DNA from: an uncultured virus (IMG/VR IMGVR_UViG_3300033165_000106)
Taxonomy: Duplodnaviria > Heunggongvirae > Uroviricota > Caudoviricetes
Length of the DNA stretch: 64,000 nt
IMG/VR virus record: IMGVR_UViG_3300033165_000106
Direction: 5' to 3' (one strand)
A program made the translations under genes and the position numbers. Numbering within the stretch: position 1 is the first letter of the stretch; each line of letters starts with the position of its first letter. The notes under the pieces are model-generated. The model had not been told where the DNA came from. It worked only from the letters and a program-made list of their open reading frames with translations, and ran no database searches. This document shows, piece by piece, positions 9,650 to 19,436 of this stretch.

Positions 9650-10531
9650 CTATGCTACCATCTGAACGAGTCCAGGCGCTTCCGGCCAGTACAGGATGTT
9701 TGCCTCGGTATTGGTGCCTTTAGTCACGACAACCGTGTCAAGGTCCGGGCCGCCGACAATCTCATTGCGCTGTGCACCGTCGGCAAAGTGGATGTGGTGC
9801 TGTCGCGTTGGTCCGCTTTCCCATCGCATTCCCACAAACATCGCCTGGGCCGCTGCGGTCCAGAGTGCATATTCCTCTGACGATCCGGCCAAGTTGCCAC
9901 CCTGGAACATAAACCCTTTTCGTGGCTCATCAATGCGGATATAGCACGTGCCAGGCACAAACGGGTCAACAGTGAGGCTCCCGCCAATATGGTAGCGGTT
10001 GATGCGGACGGTATGTTGTGTCGTCCATCCTCCATCAAGGCCAGGTGCAATCCAGAACGCAATCGCGTTGTTGGTGAGTACATTCCCTTCGATGGCGTTT
10101 TCGGTGCTGCCATTCGCGGCGCCCTGCCCCACGACTTTGAGGCCAGCCGAGAAGTTCAAAATCTGCCCGAAGCGAATGGTGGAATGCTGAACGTTACGCA
10201 CCAACAGCCCCGCATCGTCGTCCACAATGCCGTTTGTGACCCACGCGGGCTTGCCGTCGATTGCCGCGCCGCGAATACTTGGCAGGGTAATCGTCCGGTT
10301 GGAGATCACGCTGTCAGGCGTGCCAACGGTTACCGCTGGCCCCGCCCCGCTGTAGCGGATTTCAGCCCCCGGCTCAGAGATGACGTTGCAGGCGAGCGCA
10401 ACACCTGCTGTAAGTGCATAGCGACCGTCGGGGATGAGCAGCGTCAGGCCATTGGCCTCGCACCCCGCGATAGCATCCGCGAACGCCTGATCCCACGATG
10501 TTTTGTAGTACGTCTGTACGTTTATTGCCAC
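9650..10531 (-). CDS. Pectin-lyase-like beta-helix protein (spike/depolymerase-like)
   Basis: AFADAI...LLIPDGRY N-cap, Asn/Gly-rich beta repeats. Confidence 0.55.
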   Translation of the reverse strand: MAINVQTYYKTSWDQAFADAIAGCEANGLTLLIPDGRYALTAGVALACNVISEPGAEIRYSGAGPAVTVGTPDSVISNRTITLPSIRGAAIDGKPAWVTNGIVDDDAGLLVRNVQHSTIRFGQILNFSAGLKVVGQGAANGSTENAIEGNVLTNNAIAFWIAPGLDGGWTTQHTVRINRYHIGGSLTVDPFVPGTCYIRIDEPRKGFMFQGGNLAGSSEEYALWTAAAQAMFVGMRWESGPTRQHHIHFADGAQRNEIVGGPDLDTVVVTKGTNTEANILYWPEAPGLVQMVA

Positions 10532-10542
10532 GCTGCACCTCC

Positions 10543-11085
10543 TCAGATGCGCTTGAGGCTGAGATTGTCTATGTATAAACCGCCGTCATCATTTGCATTG
10601 AGTTCGCGGAAGCGGAGATAGCGATAGGTTGCGTCATAGATAAACTCAGTTGTGAGGTTTGTCCATGTGACTACATCCTTGTTCACATTCGTCAAGAGAT
10701 GGTCGGTACTTCCTACGGTGGCTATGAGGAGTATTCCTTGCCGCCCGTTTACCGCGCCGGAGCCAATATGCCGATACCAGAGAGAGAGCCGGTATTGTTG
10801 ACCGACAACCAGGCCGCAGTCGGTGCCAATGTCTTTATAGATGCCGCCCGCCGAGCCTGTAGAGGTATACTTAAAGCTGTAGCTTCCGGCGTATTTCTCA
10901 GCCGCGTCCGTTGCAAAGGTGGTATTGGTCGCCGCAAGCCACCCCGTTGTCGCGTCCGCTTCGTTTCCCGCCGGATCGCTCACGGCGTTGGCGTCTGTCA
11001 GCAACTCAGGAAACGCCCCACCCCCGCCCACCGGCACGCCCCTCGGACCCAACAAATCCTTAGTGATATGCCCGCCGTGCTGCAT
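10543..11085 (-). CDS. Carbohydrate-binding (CBM4/9-like) jelly-roll protein
   Basis: TTGW..., KYAGSYS, LVVGQQYRLSLWY, W......F, LYIDNLSLK. Confidence 0.6.
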   Translation of the reverse strand: MQHGGHITKDLLGPRGVPVGGGGAFPELLTDANAVSDPAGNEADATTGWLAATNTTFATDAAEKYAGSYSFKYTSTGSAGGIYKDIGTDCGLVVGQQYRLSLWYRHIGSGAVNGRQGILLIATVGSTDHLLTNVNKDVVTWTNLTTEFIYDATYRYLRFRELNANDDGGLYIDNLSLKRI

Positions 11086-11399
11086 TATCGCACCAGAGAA
11101 TAAACTACGTAAGACGCAGCATCTTCGCACACATAAAAGAATTTATCCAGATTATCTACAGGAAAATACGGACTCCAGTTTCCAGCTTCGAGTGTAATCG
11201 CATGAGCGGTGCCCATTGCCGCCGAAGTACCGATATACACATCTCCCGTATTTCCAGGCGGCGCAAAGAAACAGACCTGCTCACACTCGATAGACGGCAT
11301 CTGCACAACCGAAGTCGAATTACCGAGTCTTCCAATACCCGCTTCTGGAAATGAATAACTGCGCTGAACGCCCCCAAAGGCGAAATTTCCTACAGACAT
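11085..11399 (-). CDS. Putative virion structural protein
   Basis: GNTGDVYIG pattern, RBS GAGG, position downstream of capsid. Confidence 0.5.
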   Translation of the reverse strand: MSVGNFAFGGVQRSYSFPEAGIGRLGNSTSVVQMPSIECEQVCFFAPPGNTGDVYIGTSAAMGTAHAITLEAGNWSPYFPVDNLDKFFYVCEDAASYVVYSLVR

Positions 11400-11417
11400 G
11401 ATTACCTCACAATAGTC

Positions 11418-11846
11418 TTACGACCAACGTCTACCCGACAGACTCATAATACCAAACTGAGCATAAGGAATATCAACACTATACTCGCCATCAGCACGAG
11501 CATAAATCGCCAGAACATCTCCGACAAACATCTGATAAGCACCAATAATCGCAATGTGCTCGATATCGTCCGCAGCATCAATCGTGACCTGCGTGCCCAA
11601 GTTAAGCGGAGCGCCGTTCTTGTAAACCTCGAAAATGAGATCCGCCGCAGCGTCTGCTTTTACAGAAGCAGTGAAATTGATGAAGTACGTGCCTTGATGC
11701 TCAACCGCCAGAGTACCATTTGTAGCATTGGCGTCACAGCCAATCCCGTCCGACGCGAAATCCCAGCCTTCAATCCGCGACATAGCAAGCGTAATTGTGT
11801 GACTATCCGAATTCTCGTAATTAAGCAGACCAGCCCACCTATCCAT
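11418..11846 (-). CDS. C1q/BclA-C-like beta-sandwich protein, putative head decoration
   Basis: GTYFINFTAS, YKNG, GDVLAIY patterns. Confidence 0.5.
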   Translation of the reverse strand: MDRWAGLLNYENSDSHTITLAMSRIEGWDFASDGIGCDANATNGTLAVEHQGTYFINFTASVKADAAADLIFEVYKNGAPLNLGTQVTIDAADDIEHIAIIGAYQMFVGDVLAIYARADGEYSVDIPYAQFGIMSLSGRRWS

Positions 11847-12838
11847 TAGAGAGACTCCTTGTAATCTTTCAGTGTTTGTTGGTGTTTGTCCCAGTGATTT
11901 CTAAAAGAAAAAGCATTCCAGATAATATTAGCTTGCCAGTCTAAAGGGAGTTCTGATAACATTTTATCACGTTTAGTAGAGTTACAGGAAATGCACATTT
12001 TTATCGAATTTCCAGGTTTTAAGCTGCCCCCCTTAGACAAAGGAATAACGTGGTCAGTGCATAAAGACTTTCCATATTTATCTAAGTGTTCTTTTAAAGT
12101 CATTCCACAGACAGCACATTTGGTTTGAAACTCATCTAAAACTATCTGCATTTCAACTGTCCACTCAGAATCTAATTCATTTGCCATTTCTTTTCGTTTG
12201 TGACTAAGCGTTGTTTGATATTCTTTGGTATAAGACAAACCGTGTTTATAGTTAGATACTAACATATGACATCCACAAGATACAGTCTGTCCACCATGTA
12301 AAGCAGATATACGAACGGATGTCAGATTTCCGCAATCACATTGGCACAACCACATCCGCATACCAAAGCGATCTCGTTTATCTTCTTTTAAGACTACTAA
12401 CTTTCCATATCTATTACCAGTTTCATCTACAAATTTAGTGTCTGCTGTTTGTTGTGCTTTACATTTAGAACACTGATAGATATTTCCAGCCCTTAAGTGT
12501 GCTCCCCAAACTTCAGCAAACTCTCCGCAATCACATAAACATTTAAAATAAACACTATTCCCATTCCCGTCTGGTCTTGGTTTTCTGATTAACTCCAAAA
12601 CCACTAGTTTTCCGTAGCGTTTACCGACTTCATTTTTAGTATAACGCTCAGCCGCTAATTCTTTTTGAAGACAACCGCAAGACTGTGTTTGACCGTTAGT
12701 TAATCTAACAGAAGGTGCATATTTTTCTGCCCCACAATCGCAAACACATCTCCACCACGTACCCTTTCTAGTTTTATCTCGCTCTATTACTGTAAGACGA
12801 CCAAACTTTTTACCTGTAAGATCCTGAAACTTTCCCAC
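11846..12838 (-). CDS. HNH endonuclease with three Cys-rich repeats (homing-endonuclease type)
   Basis: G(K/N)x(F/Y)G(R/K)LxV...CxCDCG x3; CAVC...DHVIPLSKGG...N...CISCN. Confidence 0.85.
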   Translation of the reverse strand: MGKFQDLTGKKFGRLTVIERDKTRKGTWWRCVCDCGAEKYAPSVRLTNGQTQSCGCLQKELAAERYTKNEVGKRYGKLVVLELIRKPRPDGNGNSVYFKCLCDCGEFAEVWGAHLRAGNIYQCSKCKAQQTADTKFVDETGNRYGKLVVLKEDKRDRFGMRMWLCQCDCGNLTSVRISALHGGQTVSCGCHMLVSNYKHGLSYTKEYQTTLSHKRKEMANELDSEWTVEMQIVLDEFQTKCAVCGMTLKEHLDKYGKSLCTDHVIPLSKGGSLKPGNSIKMCISCNSTKRDKMLSELPLDWQANIIWNAFSFRNHWDKHQQTLKDYKESL

Positions 12839-12885
12839 GTGACATTCCTTATATAAATAATACTAAGTATATCACATTGAGACAT

Positions 12886-12919
12886 AAAAAACAAGAGGGG
12901 AGGGCGCTAACCCTCCCCT
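12886..12919 (-). terminator. Rho-independent terminator after capsid gene
   Basis: AGGGGAGGG/CCCTCCCCT stem followed by U-rich tract on minus strand. Confidence 0.75.
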
Positions 12920-12928
12920 ATTAGTAAA

Positions 12929-14374
12929 CTACTGTGCGGAGTAGTACGGATCGTGTGAGCCGGTTGTGTTCCCGCCATCAACAAAATATGGCGAATCTGG
13001 GTGGAACTGCCGCGTCATCTGCAACGGACACCAGAGTACGTTCTGAATTCTTCCACTAAGCATAGGCGTAAGCAAACGGAGTCGCAGTTTAGTAAGAGCT
13101 TCCCACTGCATACACGTATAGGTACGTGACTTAGTAATCAGGAAGCGCCCCCCGTCTGCAACCATGATATCACTCGACGCCCAACCCGCAGCAACGGCTT
13201 CGGAAACACCGTTCGGGCCATTGAAGTCGAAATACTCGAAGTAGGTCACAGGACGACCACCCTGCACCGTGAACGGAATCAGATAGATATCCGAAGCCAT
13301 GCACGGATTCGGAACATTCGCGTCGGTTGTGTTAGTATCAATCGGCATACAGTCATCGGTCACAACCGGAACGCGAACACCGTCAATCAGGAGGTAGTGC
13401 CCGGTGTACATCTGGTCCGACATCTGGCGCATCTGCAAAGCGTCCGTACTGTTCGACAGATCGTTATCCGTCGCGTTACAGCGATAGCTCGCATACACGC
13501 AAGGCCAGTAATCAGTCAGGGTACGGAACAAGCTATCAGGCATCACCCATGCCCAGTTGACGGGCATGAAGCCCATACGCTGAGCATTGAACAGGACGTA
13601 GCGATACATGGTCGTCATCAGATGGAAGATCCACGCGGCGTTATCTTCAACCTTCGTGTAATTCGCGTCTTTGACATCCGCATCCAGCGACGGACACGAC
13701 TCATTGGTCGTTACATCGACATGCCCGGTCTTGACAAGGTTCTGGAAGCCCATAAACTCCTGATACCCGCCATTGTCCGAATTATTCGATGTGTCGCCTT
13801 CCCAGACCATCGGGCAGAGCACCTGCTCAAAGTAAGCGCCCAGCGCGAGGAAACGCGCCAGAACTTCTTGGCGGATCGCCCGCGTAGCAGACGGCGACAT
13901 GGCATTCGGAACAATCAGGCTCGAATCCAGAATAGGATCGTTCACGACCCGCAGGTCGGTGAATTCGCCGCGATTGATAATCTCACCAATGCGGTCCATC
14001 TGCAGGGGATCGGTAGCCGCCATGAAGCGACCGAAAGCCGACCCGATCTTACAGCTTTTGATGTTACCAGCGGTCGGAGGATCATCACACGGAGCATCCT
14101 GATAACTGGCCGAGCCATCGCCCGAAGTAAAGCCCGTCAGAAAACCAACCAGGGGGTGTGTGTCACGCGCACCGAAAGCGGGCAACATCCCCAAAATACC
14201 ACGCGGTTTAATGCGCGTGGAAAAGATGTCTTGAGAAATACCCGCCCCGCCGAAGACGCCGTTGACCCCGTGCATGAAGTTCGTGGTCAGCGTAAATCCA
14301 GAGGGGAGATCGTGCTTCTCAACCTCATTGCGCAGCATTTTTGCAAATGCCTGCATCAACTGTTGCTCATCCAT
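12929..14374 (-). CDS. Putative major capsid protein
   Basis: 481 aa, follows protease/scaffold, strong codon bias, GD...F.G and LIDGVRVPVVTDD motifs, terminator downstream. Confidence 0.7.
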   Translation of the reverse strand: MDEQQLMQAFAKMLRNEVEKHDLPSGFTLTTNFMHGVNGVFGGAGISQDIFSTRIKPRGILGMLPAFGARDTHPLVGFLTGFTSGDGSASYQDAPCDDPPTAGNIKSCKIGSAFGRFMAATDPLQMDRIGEIINRGEFTDLRVVNDPILDSSLIVPNAMSPSATRAIRQEVLARFLALGAYFEQVLCPMVWEGDTSNNSDNGGYQEFMGFQNLVKTGHVDVTTNESCPSLDADVKDANYTKVEDNAAWIFHLMTTMYRYVLFNAQRMGFMPVNWAWVMPDSLFRTLTDYWPCVYASYRCNATDNDLSNSTDALQMRQMSDQMYTGHYLLIDGVRVPVVTDDCMPIDTNTTDANVPNPCMASDIYLIPFTVQGGRPVTYFEYFDFNGPNGVSEAVAAGWASSDIMVADGGRFLITKSRTYTCMQWEALTKLRLRLLTPMLSGRIQNVLWCPLQMTRQFHPDSPYFVDGGNTTGSHDPYYSAQ

Positions 14375-14386
14375 AGATATAGACTC

Positions 14387-15898
14387 CTAGTTCTGCTTCG
14401 GCGTCAGCAGCGCGCTCAGAAAATCGAAATGCTTCTGCTCTTCGACTTTCTTCTCTTCACCCTCTTTCTTCGGCAAGAACTGCTGCCAATTCGGTTGGTA
14501 AAGGTTGGCTACCTTCTCATCTTCTGTTTGTTCGACTTCTTTCAAACGGTTTTCGATCTGATCGAAACGCGAGTTGATTTCAGTCAGTTGCTGGTGTAGA
14601 GCCTGACCGAATTCGTCCCACTTCATTGTTTCAACCAGTTTGTTAATCACGGCATCAACCGTGATCTCAGGCGTCTCGTTTTCCTTAAATTCAACGCCCT
14701 TATCTTCGAGTTGCTGGCGCGTTTCTTCAGTAGCAGTATCGACTTCCTCAGCCGTACCCTGCTGAATGCTGTCCAGAAACTCTTGATCTTTCGCATCCAA
14801 CGGCATTGTGCCCTCCACAAAATCGACTTTGGTCCAGATATTAGCCGCCCGACTTTTCGGCAATATGGACATTTCAAAAGATCGGTACTTCGTATATATA
14901 TTATCATTGAGTTCTATGGGAATAAAACCATGACTCATACCGAGTTCGTCAGGATAGTTACTCAGGTTATTAATCCACGCTTCACGACCTTTGTAAACTT
15001 TGCCCGCCACACCGACAAACCCGTTAGCATAAAAGACTCGTTCCGCCTCAGCTACCGCGTAATCTTTGTAGAAGTCGCGCAGCATGGTATTGATAGTCTC
15101 GGTGCGGATCATGCCCTTCTCATAAGCCTGCATGACCGAATACCAGAAACCTGGCTGAGCGCGGGGCATATGGAAAAGCGTAATCTGCGGCTTGATACCT
15201 TTGTCTCGCGCCCACTCAGTATATTCCTTGTGAGCTTCCTCAGAGATAATCTCCGCTTCCCGATCTTTAAATTTATTCGAGTACAGACCGATGAACCACC
15301 AATCGCCGTTCTCGTCCTGCTTGAACGTCACATAGGACTTATTCACTAACGCATCGGGAATTTTACTTTCGATATAAGACTTGAGCTTATCCGCATCCTT
15401 CTGTGCTAATTCGGTAAGACTATAAGCAATCTCTAGGGCTTGATCGATAAATCCGACATCCGCCATACTTGTCGCCAGTCTTGCTAGAGTGTATGCTCTT
15501 GCTGTCTTGTTTTCAATCGTGTCAATTAATTGTCTGGCTTCAGTGTAATAACGAGTTGAAGTCTCTTTATCGTCGCGGTATCCATATCTTTCCGCTAAAT
15601 AAATCAAACCTCGAATTTTCTCATTCCGTTCGGTAATTCGACTCACGACCTGAGCAGCGTCATCAAGCCGATCCGCCCACACCAGAGCGTACATCAAATT
15701 CAGCAGAGCCTCAGATTGAACCATCAAGATTTCAAGGTCTTGTTCCTTGATAGCCTTTTCATTAGACTCAATTGCTCCAATCTGGTCAATGGCGCTTTGC
15801 TTAGTATCGTGACAGGCAATCCGCTCACCGACCGATCCGTCTGCGTTTTTCTTATGCACACAAAAACGATTGTTCCGCTTCACAATTGTATATGGCAT
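14387..15898 (-). CDS. HK97-type prohead protease/scaffold with helical-repeat insert
   Basis: KDREAEII, LFH, GMSHGF, FEMSILP...AN; acidic coiled-coil C-terminus. Confidence 0.7.
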   Translation of the reverse strand: MPYTIVKRNNRFCVHKKNADGSVGERIACHDTKQSAIDQIGAIESNEKAIKEQDLEILMVQSEALLNLMYALVWADRLDDAAQVVSRITERNEKIRGLIYLAERYGYRDDKETSTRYYTEARQLIDTIENKTARAYTLARLATSMADVGFIDQALEIAYSLTELAQKDADKLKSYIESKIPDALVNKSYVTFKQDENGDWWFIGLYSNKFKDREAEIISEEAHKEYTEWARDKGIKPQITLFHMPRAQPGFWYSVMQAYEKGMIRTETINTMLRDFYKDYAVAEAERVFYANGFVGVAGKVYKGREAWINNLSNYPDELGMSHGFIPIELNDNIYTKYRSFEMSILPKSRAANIWTKVDFVEGTMPLDAKDQEFLDSIQQGTAEEVDTATEETRQQLEDKGVEFKENETPEITVDAVINKLVETMKWDEFGQALHQQLTEINSRFDQIENRLKEVEQTEDEKVANLYQPNWQQFLPKKEGEEKKVEEQKHFDFLSALLTPKQN

Positions 15899-15902
15899 CT
15901 CT

Positions 15903-16424
15903 CTACCTCAAGGCTGCATAGATAGCCGATTGAATGTCAGCTACCACTTTCTTTCTCACCTGCTCGACCACATGACCTTCAAAATCTCTGGCTTCCACAC
16001 CGGGATGCTGTACACGCGGCGCACGTCGCCACTCACCGCTATACGAACCACCCCCCGGCAGTCCATATCTGTTTCCTGATTTAGTATGAGACTTGTATCC
16101 CATCTGATACTTCAACATCGGCGCTCGGATAGCTGAAATTGGGTGGGATCGCGTACCCTTTGACACATACACCCATTTCTTAACTGCTTTTTCCGTCCCA
16201 GTCGGAAAGACGTGCAATTCGAAAATATCCTTCGAGGGACGGTAATACCGCGCTCCCATCGACGGGGGACTTTTCCAGTTGCGAGTTCGATCCGCCATTG
16301 CGTTTCTGACTCGAACTTTAACAGGACCGTTCAGCGCCGCGATAATCCCCGCGTCAATCTTCGGCAGGAGATTCGCCGGATAGTCCCTCGGATTCGGGTA
16401 AATCGGTCGTATGATTAGTTCCAT
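15903..16424 (-). CDS. Head/neck morphogenesis protein (HK97 gp10-like)
   Basis: YVSKGT..H.I, VQHPG...R.F pattern; between portal and protease. Confidence 0.5.
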   Translation of the reverse strand: MELIIRPIYPNPRDYPANLLPKIDAGIIAALNGPVKVRVRNAMADRTRNWKSPPSMGARYYRPSKDIFELHVFPTGTEKAVKKWVYVSKGTRSHPISAIRAPMLKYQMGYKSHTKSGNRYGLPGGGSYSGEWRRAPRVQHPGVEARDFEGHVVEQVRKKVVADIQSAIYAALR

Positions 16425-17793
16425 GACTGCGCACCTGCTGAGACTGCATTCCGCTGATAATCTGTTGGGCTGAGTTTTGCGGCTTGCGACTCATGCGGCT
16501 GAGATACCACTGTTCCGCCAGCCCTCTTTCTCTGACGCCTTCGGCAACGTGTTCGGGAATATCCCGATGCAAAACTGCCATCTCCAAAGCACCCTGCGGA
16601 TCCAGATAACCGGAAGTCAACTGGATCGAGCGATCTTTGCTTCGGAGAAAAGCCGCGTCTGCTTTGTCAATTTCGGATTGTAAGTCGTGCTCCAGATAAC
16701 GGAATAAGACCGTTTCGGGCAAGATTCCGTTGTTATTGAGGACGTGCTCTGTCTTGGAAATGATCAGCGCCGGACCTTTGCCCTGCGTCTTCTGGTGTTG
16801 AATTTTTGACTGCTGCGACGATCCTAAATTCCCGCCCGGCAGGGGAGCGAACTCCTGATAGTCCATTCCGAAAGCGTTCGCCAGTTGAACCATGTACCAT
16901 TTATAAGTCGATTCTTCATCGAAATTATCCGGCAACGACGCGATATCGATCTTATCGACCTTAACCGGATTAGTTGGATCCAGACCGGGAATGACAATCG
17001 GATCGGAATACCGATACAAACCGAGATTCATATTCTGCTCGCGGGACCACGCCTTAGCATCGTCAATCACATCCTGCGTGACACCCGTTACAAAGTAAAT
17101 CGCACGAGTGTTGCCTCCTGAAACCTTTTCCCTTTTGTAAATAGCGATATCGCGTAGAATCTGAGCCGCCATCAAAGCCACTGTCAAAGGCGAATACTGC
17201 ACCCCATAAGCTTCTTCAATCGGGGCGGGATACAAAGACATCGGAATCACGTTCCACCAGTTCAAAACGGTACGCTTGCCCCAGATGTCTTCATATTCAA
17301 CCGGATAATACGGATCGCCCGTCCGAACACACCGCGCCGAATCGAGTTGGGCTAAATTGATCGGCGGCGAATCAGGGCGATCTTCTCTGCGAATAACCTC
17401 AATGAAAGCCGCGTTATCCTGACAAAAAAGATCGAATAAAATCTTCTGCTGAAATGTCACCCAACCCGCGCCGCGATCTGACATATTCAACATCTTGGTT
17501 ACAGCGCGTAGAGTGTTTTTAGGTTTCGGTTTGGTCGGATCGGATGGCACCACTTCCCAGGCAAACGACGCATTTCTCGCAACCGAAGCGGTGACTACAC
17601 CGGCTAAAACAGGCTCTTTATGCCAGAAATTTCTTAACACCTTATCGCGCTCGTGCGGAGTCACCGACCAGGGGGGTACTTCATCCGCCAATGATGCGAT
17701 TGACATAATCAGGGGATGCACCCCAAACCCTGTTTTTATGCTCGGACTCTCGACCACCGAGCGATCTAATACGTCCTTGATTAAATAGGGCAT
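16354..17793 (-). CDS. Portal protein
   Basis: 479 aa directly after TerL; D....DNAAFIEVIR, YGVQYSPL, LANAFGM patterns. Confidence 0.8.
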   Translation of the reverse strand: MPYLIKDVLDRSVVESPSIKTGFGVHPLIMSIASLADEVPPWSVTPHERDKVLRNFWHKEPVLAGVVTASVARNASFAWEVVPSDPTKPKPKNTLRAVTKMLNMSDRGAGWVTFQQKILFDLFCQDNAAFIEVIRREDRPDSPPINLAQLDSARCVRTGDPYYPVEYEDIWGKRTVLNWWNVIPMSLYPAPIEEAYGVQYSPLTVALMAAQILRDIAIYKREKVSGGNTRAIYFVTGVTQDVIDDAKAWSREQNMNLGLYRYSDPIVIPGLDPTNPVKVDKIDIASLPDNFDEESTYKWYMVQLANAFGMDYQEFAPLPGGNLGSSQQSKIQHQKTQGKGPALIISKTEHVLNNNGILPETVLFRYLEHDLQSEIDKADAAFLRSKDRSIQLTSGYLDPQGALEMAVLHRDIPEHVAEGVRERGLAEQWYLSRMSRKPQNSAQQIISGMQSQQVRSHGTNHTTDLPESEGLSGESPAED

Positions 17794-19436
17794 TACCGGA
17801 TCTCCGCTACTGCTCGCATAAATTCATCATCCGTCATTTTCCCTCTGGTGTGCTGTCTGACAATTGACTCCGTCTTTTTGTCCTTATTGGTGATCATCAA
17901 CCGCTTGCACATCTCCCGCGCCATCGAGGTTGCCACCGCTGCGTCAATCTTGGCGTCATCCGAGAGTTTATCCAGCCGAAATTTACCGCCATCCGTCTTG
18001 GCTCCCGCCTGAGTAATGTGCTGGTAGAGCGACGGAACCTCGCCGTTGAAAGGCAAACCTTCGCCATTAATATCCCACCAGATCGTCCGGTTAATAATGC
18101 TATCATATAGAGACTTATCAGCAACTGATCTCTCTGTCTGCTGAGAGAAGTTGTACATCCACACCAGACTTTCTTTGCGTAACCGCTGAGCCATATCTTC
18201 TAACTGGTATTTGTCATAGGCCACACATACGACATTGTACTTCTTACACAACAATCTCAATAATGGCTCAACAGTTTCCGATATCTTAATCGTACCACCA
18301 CTTCGTTTTGGAGTAAAAATATAACAGAATCTTACCGCCGTATGTTCGTTGTTATCGGGATCTCTGGTCACACCCACCAAAGCGGCGTAGTCATTCGAGA
18401 TCGCTCCGTCCAAACCAATCACAACTGGAGTATAGGGACTGATTGGACCTAAATTCTTACTAAGAGAGTGCCACCACTCGGCTTGGACAAAAACATCGGT
18501 TGCCGTTACCCACTCGTTGCGGTGAATTCTGGCAAACTCGGAAGGACTCAACCGTTTAGATTGAATCCCGTAATACTCTGGAGTCTGCCACGGCATTCTA
18601 GGTTCGTGATCCCAATAACAGAACAAACCTGCTGATTCATTCACCCAAACAACCGGATCCCCGCTCGATTCCAAGTCTAAAAAGTCGGGATGAGGCTCGC
18701 CCTCTTTAACAGCTAATTTATATAGTCCCTCTAGAATTGTGGACTTTCCAACTTCACCCGCATAGGATTCAACCCACTGCATTGCGTATCCCTGCAGGGT
18801 CGGCGGCACGGAGATCTCGCTCCAGAGTTGTTTTTTAATGTCCGAAGTCCAACCCCACGCCTCACTTACCACGCTTAACAGAGGCTGAGATCCGGCCTCA
18901 CCTACCGCATCACACGGTAACGCTTTAATTCTAGTCCCATTAGATAGAAAAACTTCTGTTTTATTTGGATTTTCACCCTTGAGTGGACCATTCAAATTAT
19001 TGTGCAACTTAAAACAAGTCTTTATAGGAACATATATACGATCCGAAGACTGTTCTTTGTCATTCGCCAAACAATAAACCTGAGAATAAGGGCGGCTATA
19101 CGCCATATACATCGCCACAGCCGATGCTAGAGCCGACTTTCCAGATTTTTTAGGGGCAGAATAGATTACCAAAGAATATTTGAGCTTACCGTGCTCATCT
19201 TTAGAGAGTGCTTCATCGATAATTCGTTTCTGATGTTCAGACAGCCGAATAGGGCCGGGAGATAGAAATTCTCCGGTCACAGGATCGCGGGGATCAGGCA
19301 CATAGAAATACCGCTCAATCCATTCGGACGGTTTTTCAGTTATCTTCTCGACTCTGGCCTTCAATCGCTGCGAGAAGACCGAGTCCAGGCGTTCCAATAG
19401 ATTCTCGGAGTGCTCCTGAGACATGCTGGTACACAC
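17793..19436 (-). CDS. terL: Terminase large subunit
   Basis: LSEHQ, Walker A APKKSGKS, nuclease IGLDG...ND, VAYDKY, KIDAAVA. Confidence 0.92.
   Translation of the reverse strand: MCTSMSQEHSENLLERLDSVFSQRLKARVEKITEKPSEWIERYFYVPDPRDPVTGEFLSPGPIRLSEHQKRIIDEALSKDEHGKLKYSLVIYSAPKKSGKSALASAVAMYMAYSRPYSQVYCLANDKEQSSDRIYVPIKTCFKLHNNLNGPLKGENPNKTEVFLSNGTRIKALPCDAVGEAGSQPLLSVVSEAWGWTSDIKKQLWSEISVPPTLQGYAMQWVESYAGEVGKSTILEGLYKLAVKEGEPHPDFLDLESSGDPVVWVNESAGLFCYWDHEPRMPWQTPEYYGIQSKRLSPSEFARIHRNEWVTATDVFVQAEWWHSLSKNLGPISPYTPVVIGLDGAISNDYAALVGVTRDPDNNEHTAVRFCYIFTPKRSGGTIKISETVEPLLRLLCKKYNVVCVAYDKYQLEDMAQRLRKESLVWMYNFSQQTERSVADKSLYDSIINRTIWWDINGEGLPFNGEVPSLYQHITQAGAKTDGGKFRLDKLSDDAKIDAAVATSMAREMCKRLMITNKDKKTESIVRQHTRGKMTDDEFMRAVAEIR

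Noticed and set aside
13397..14599. 400-aa plus-strand ORF
   Set aside because: Antisense shadow of the codon-biased capsid gene; no motifs or RBS
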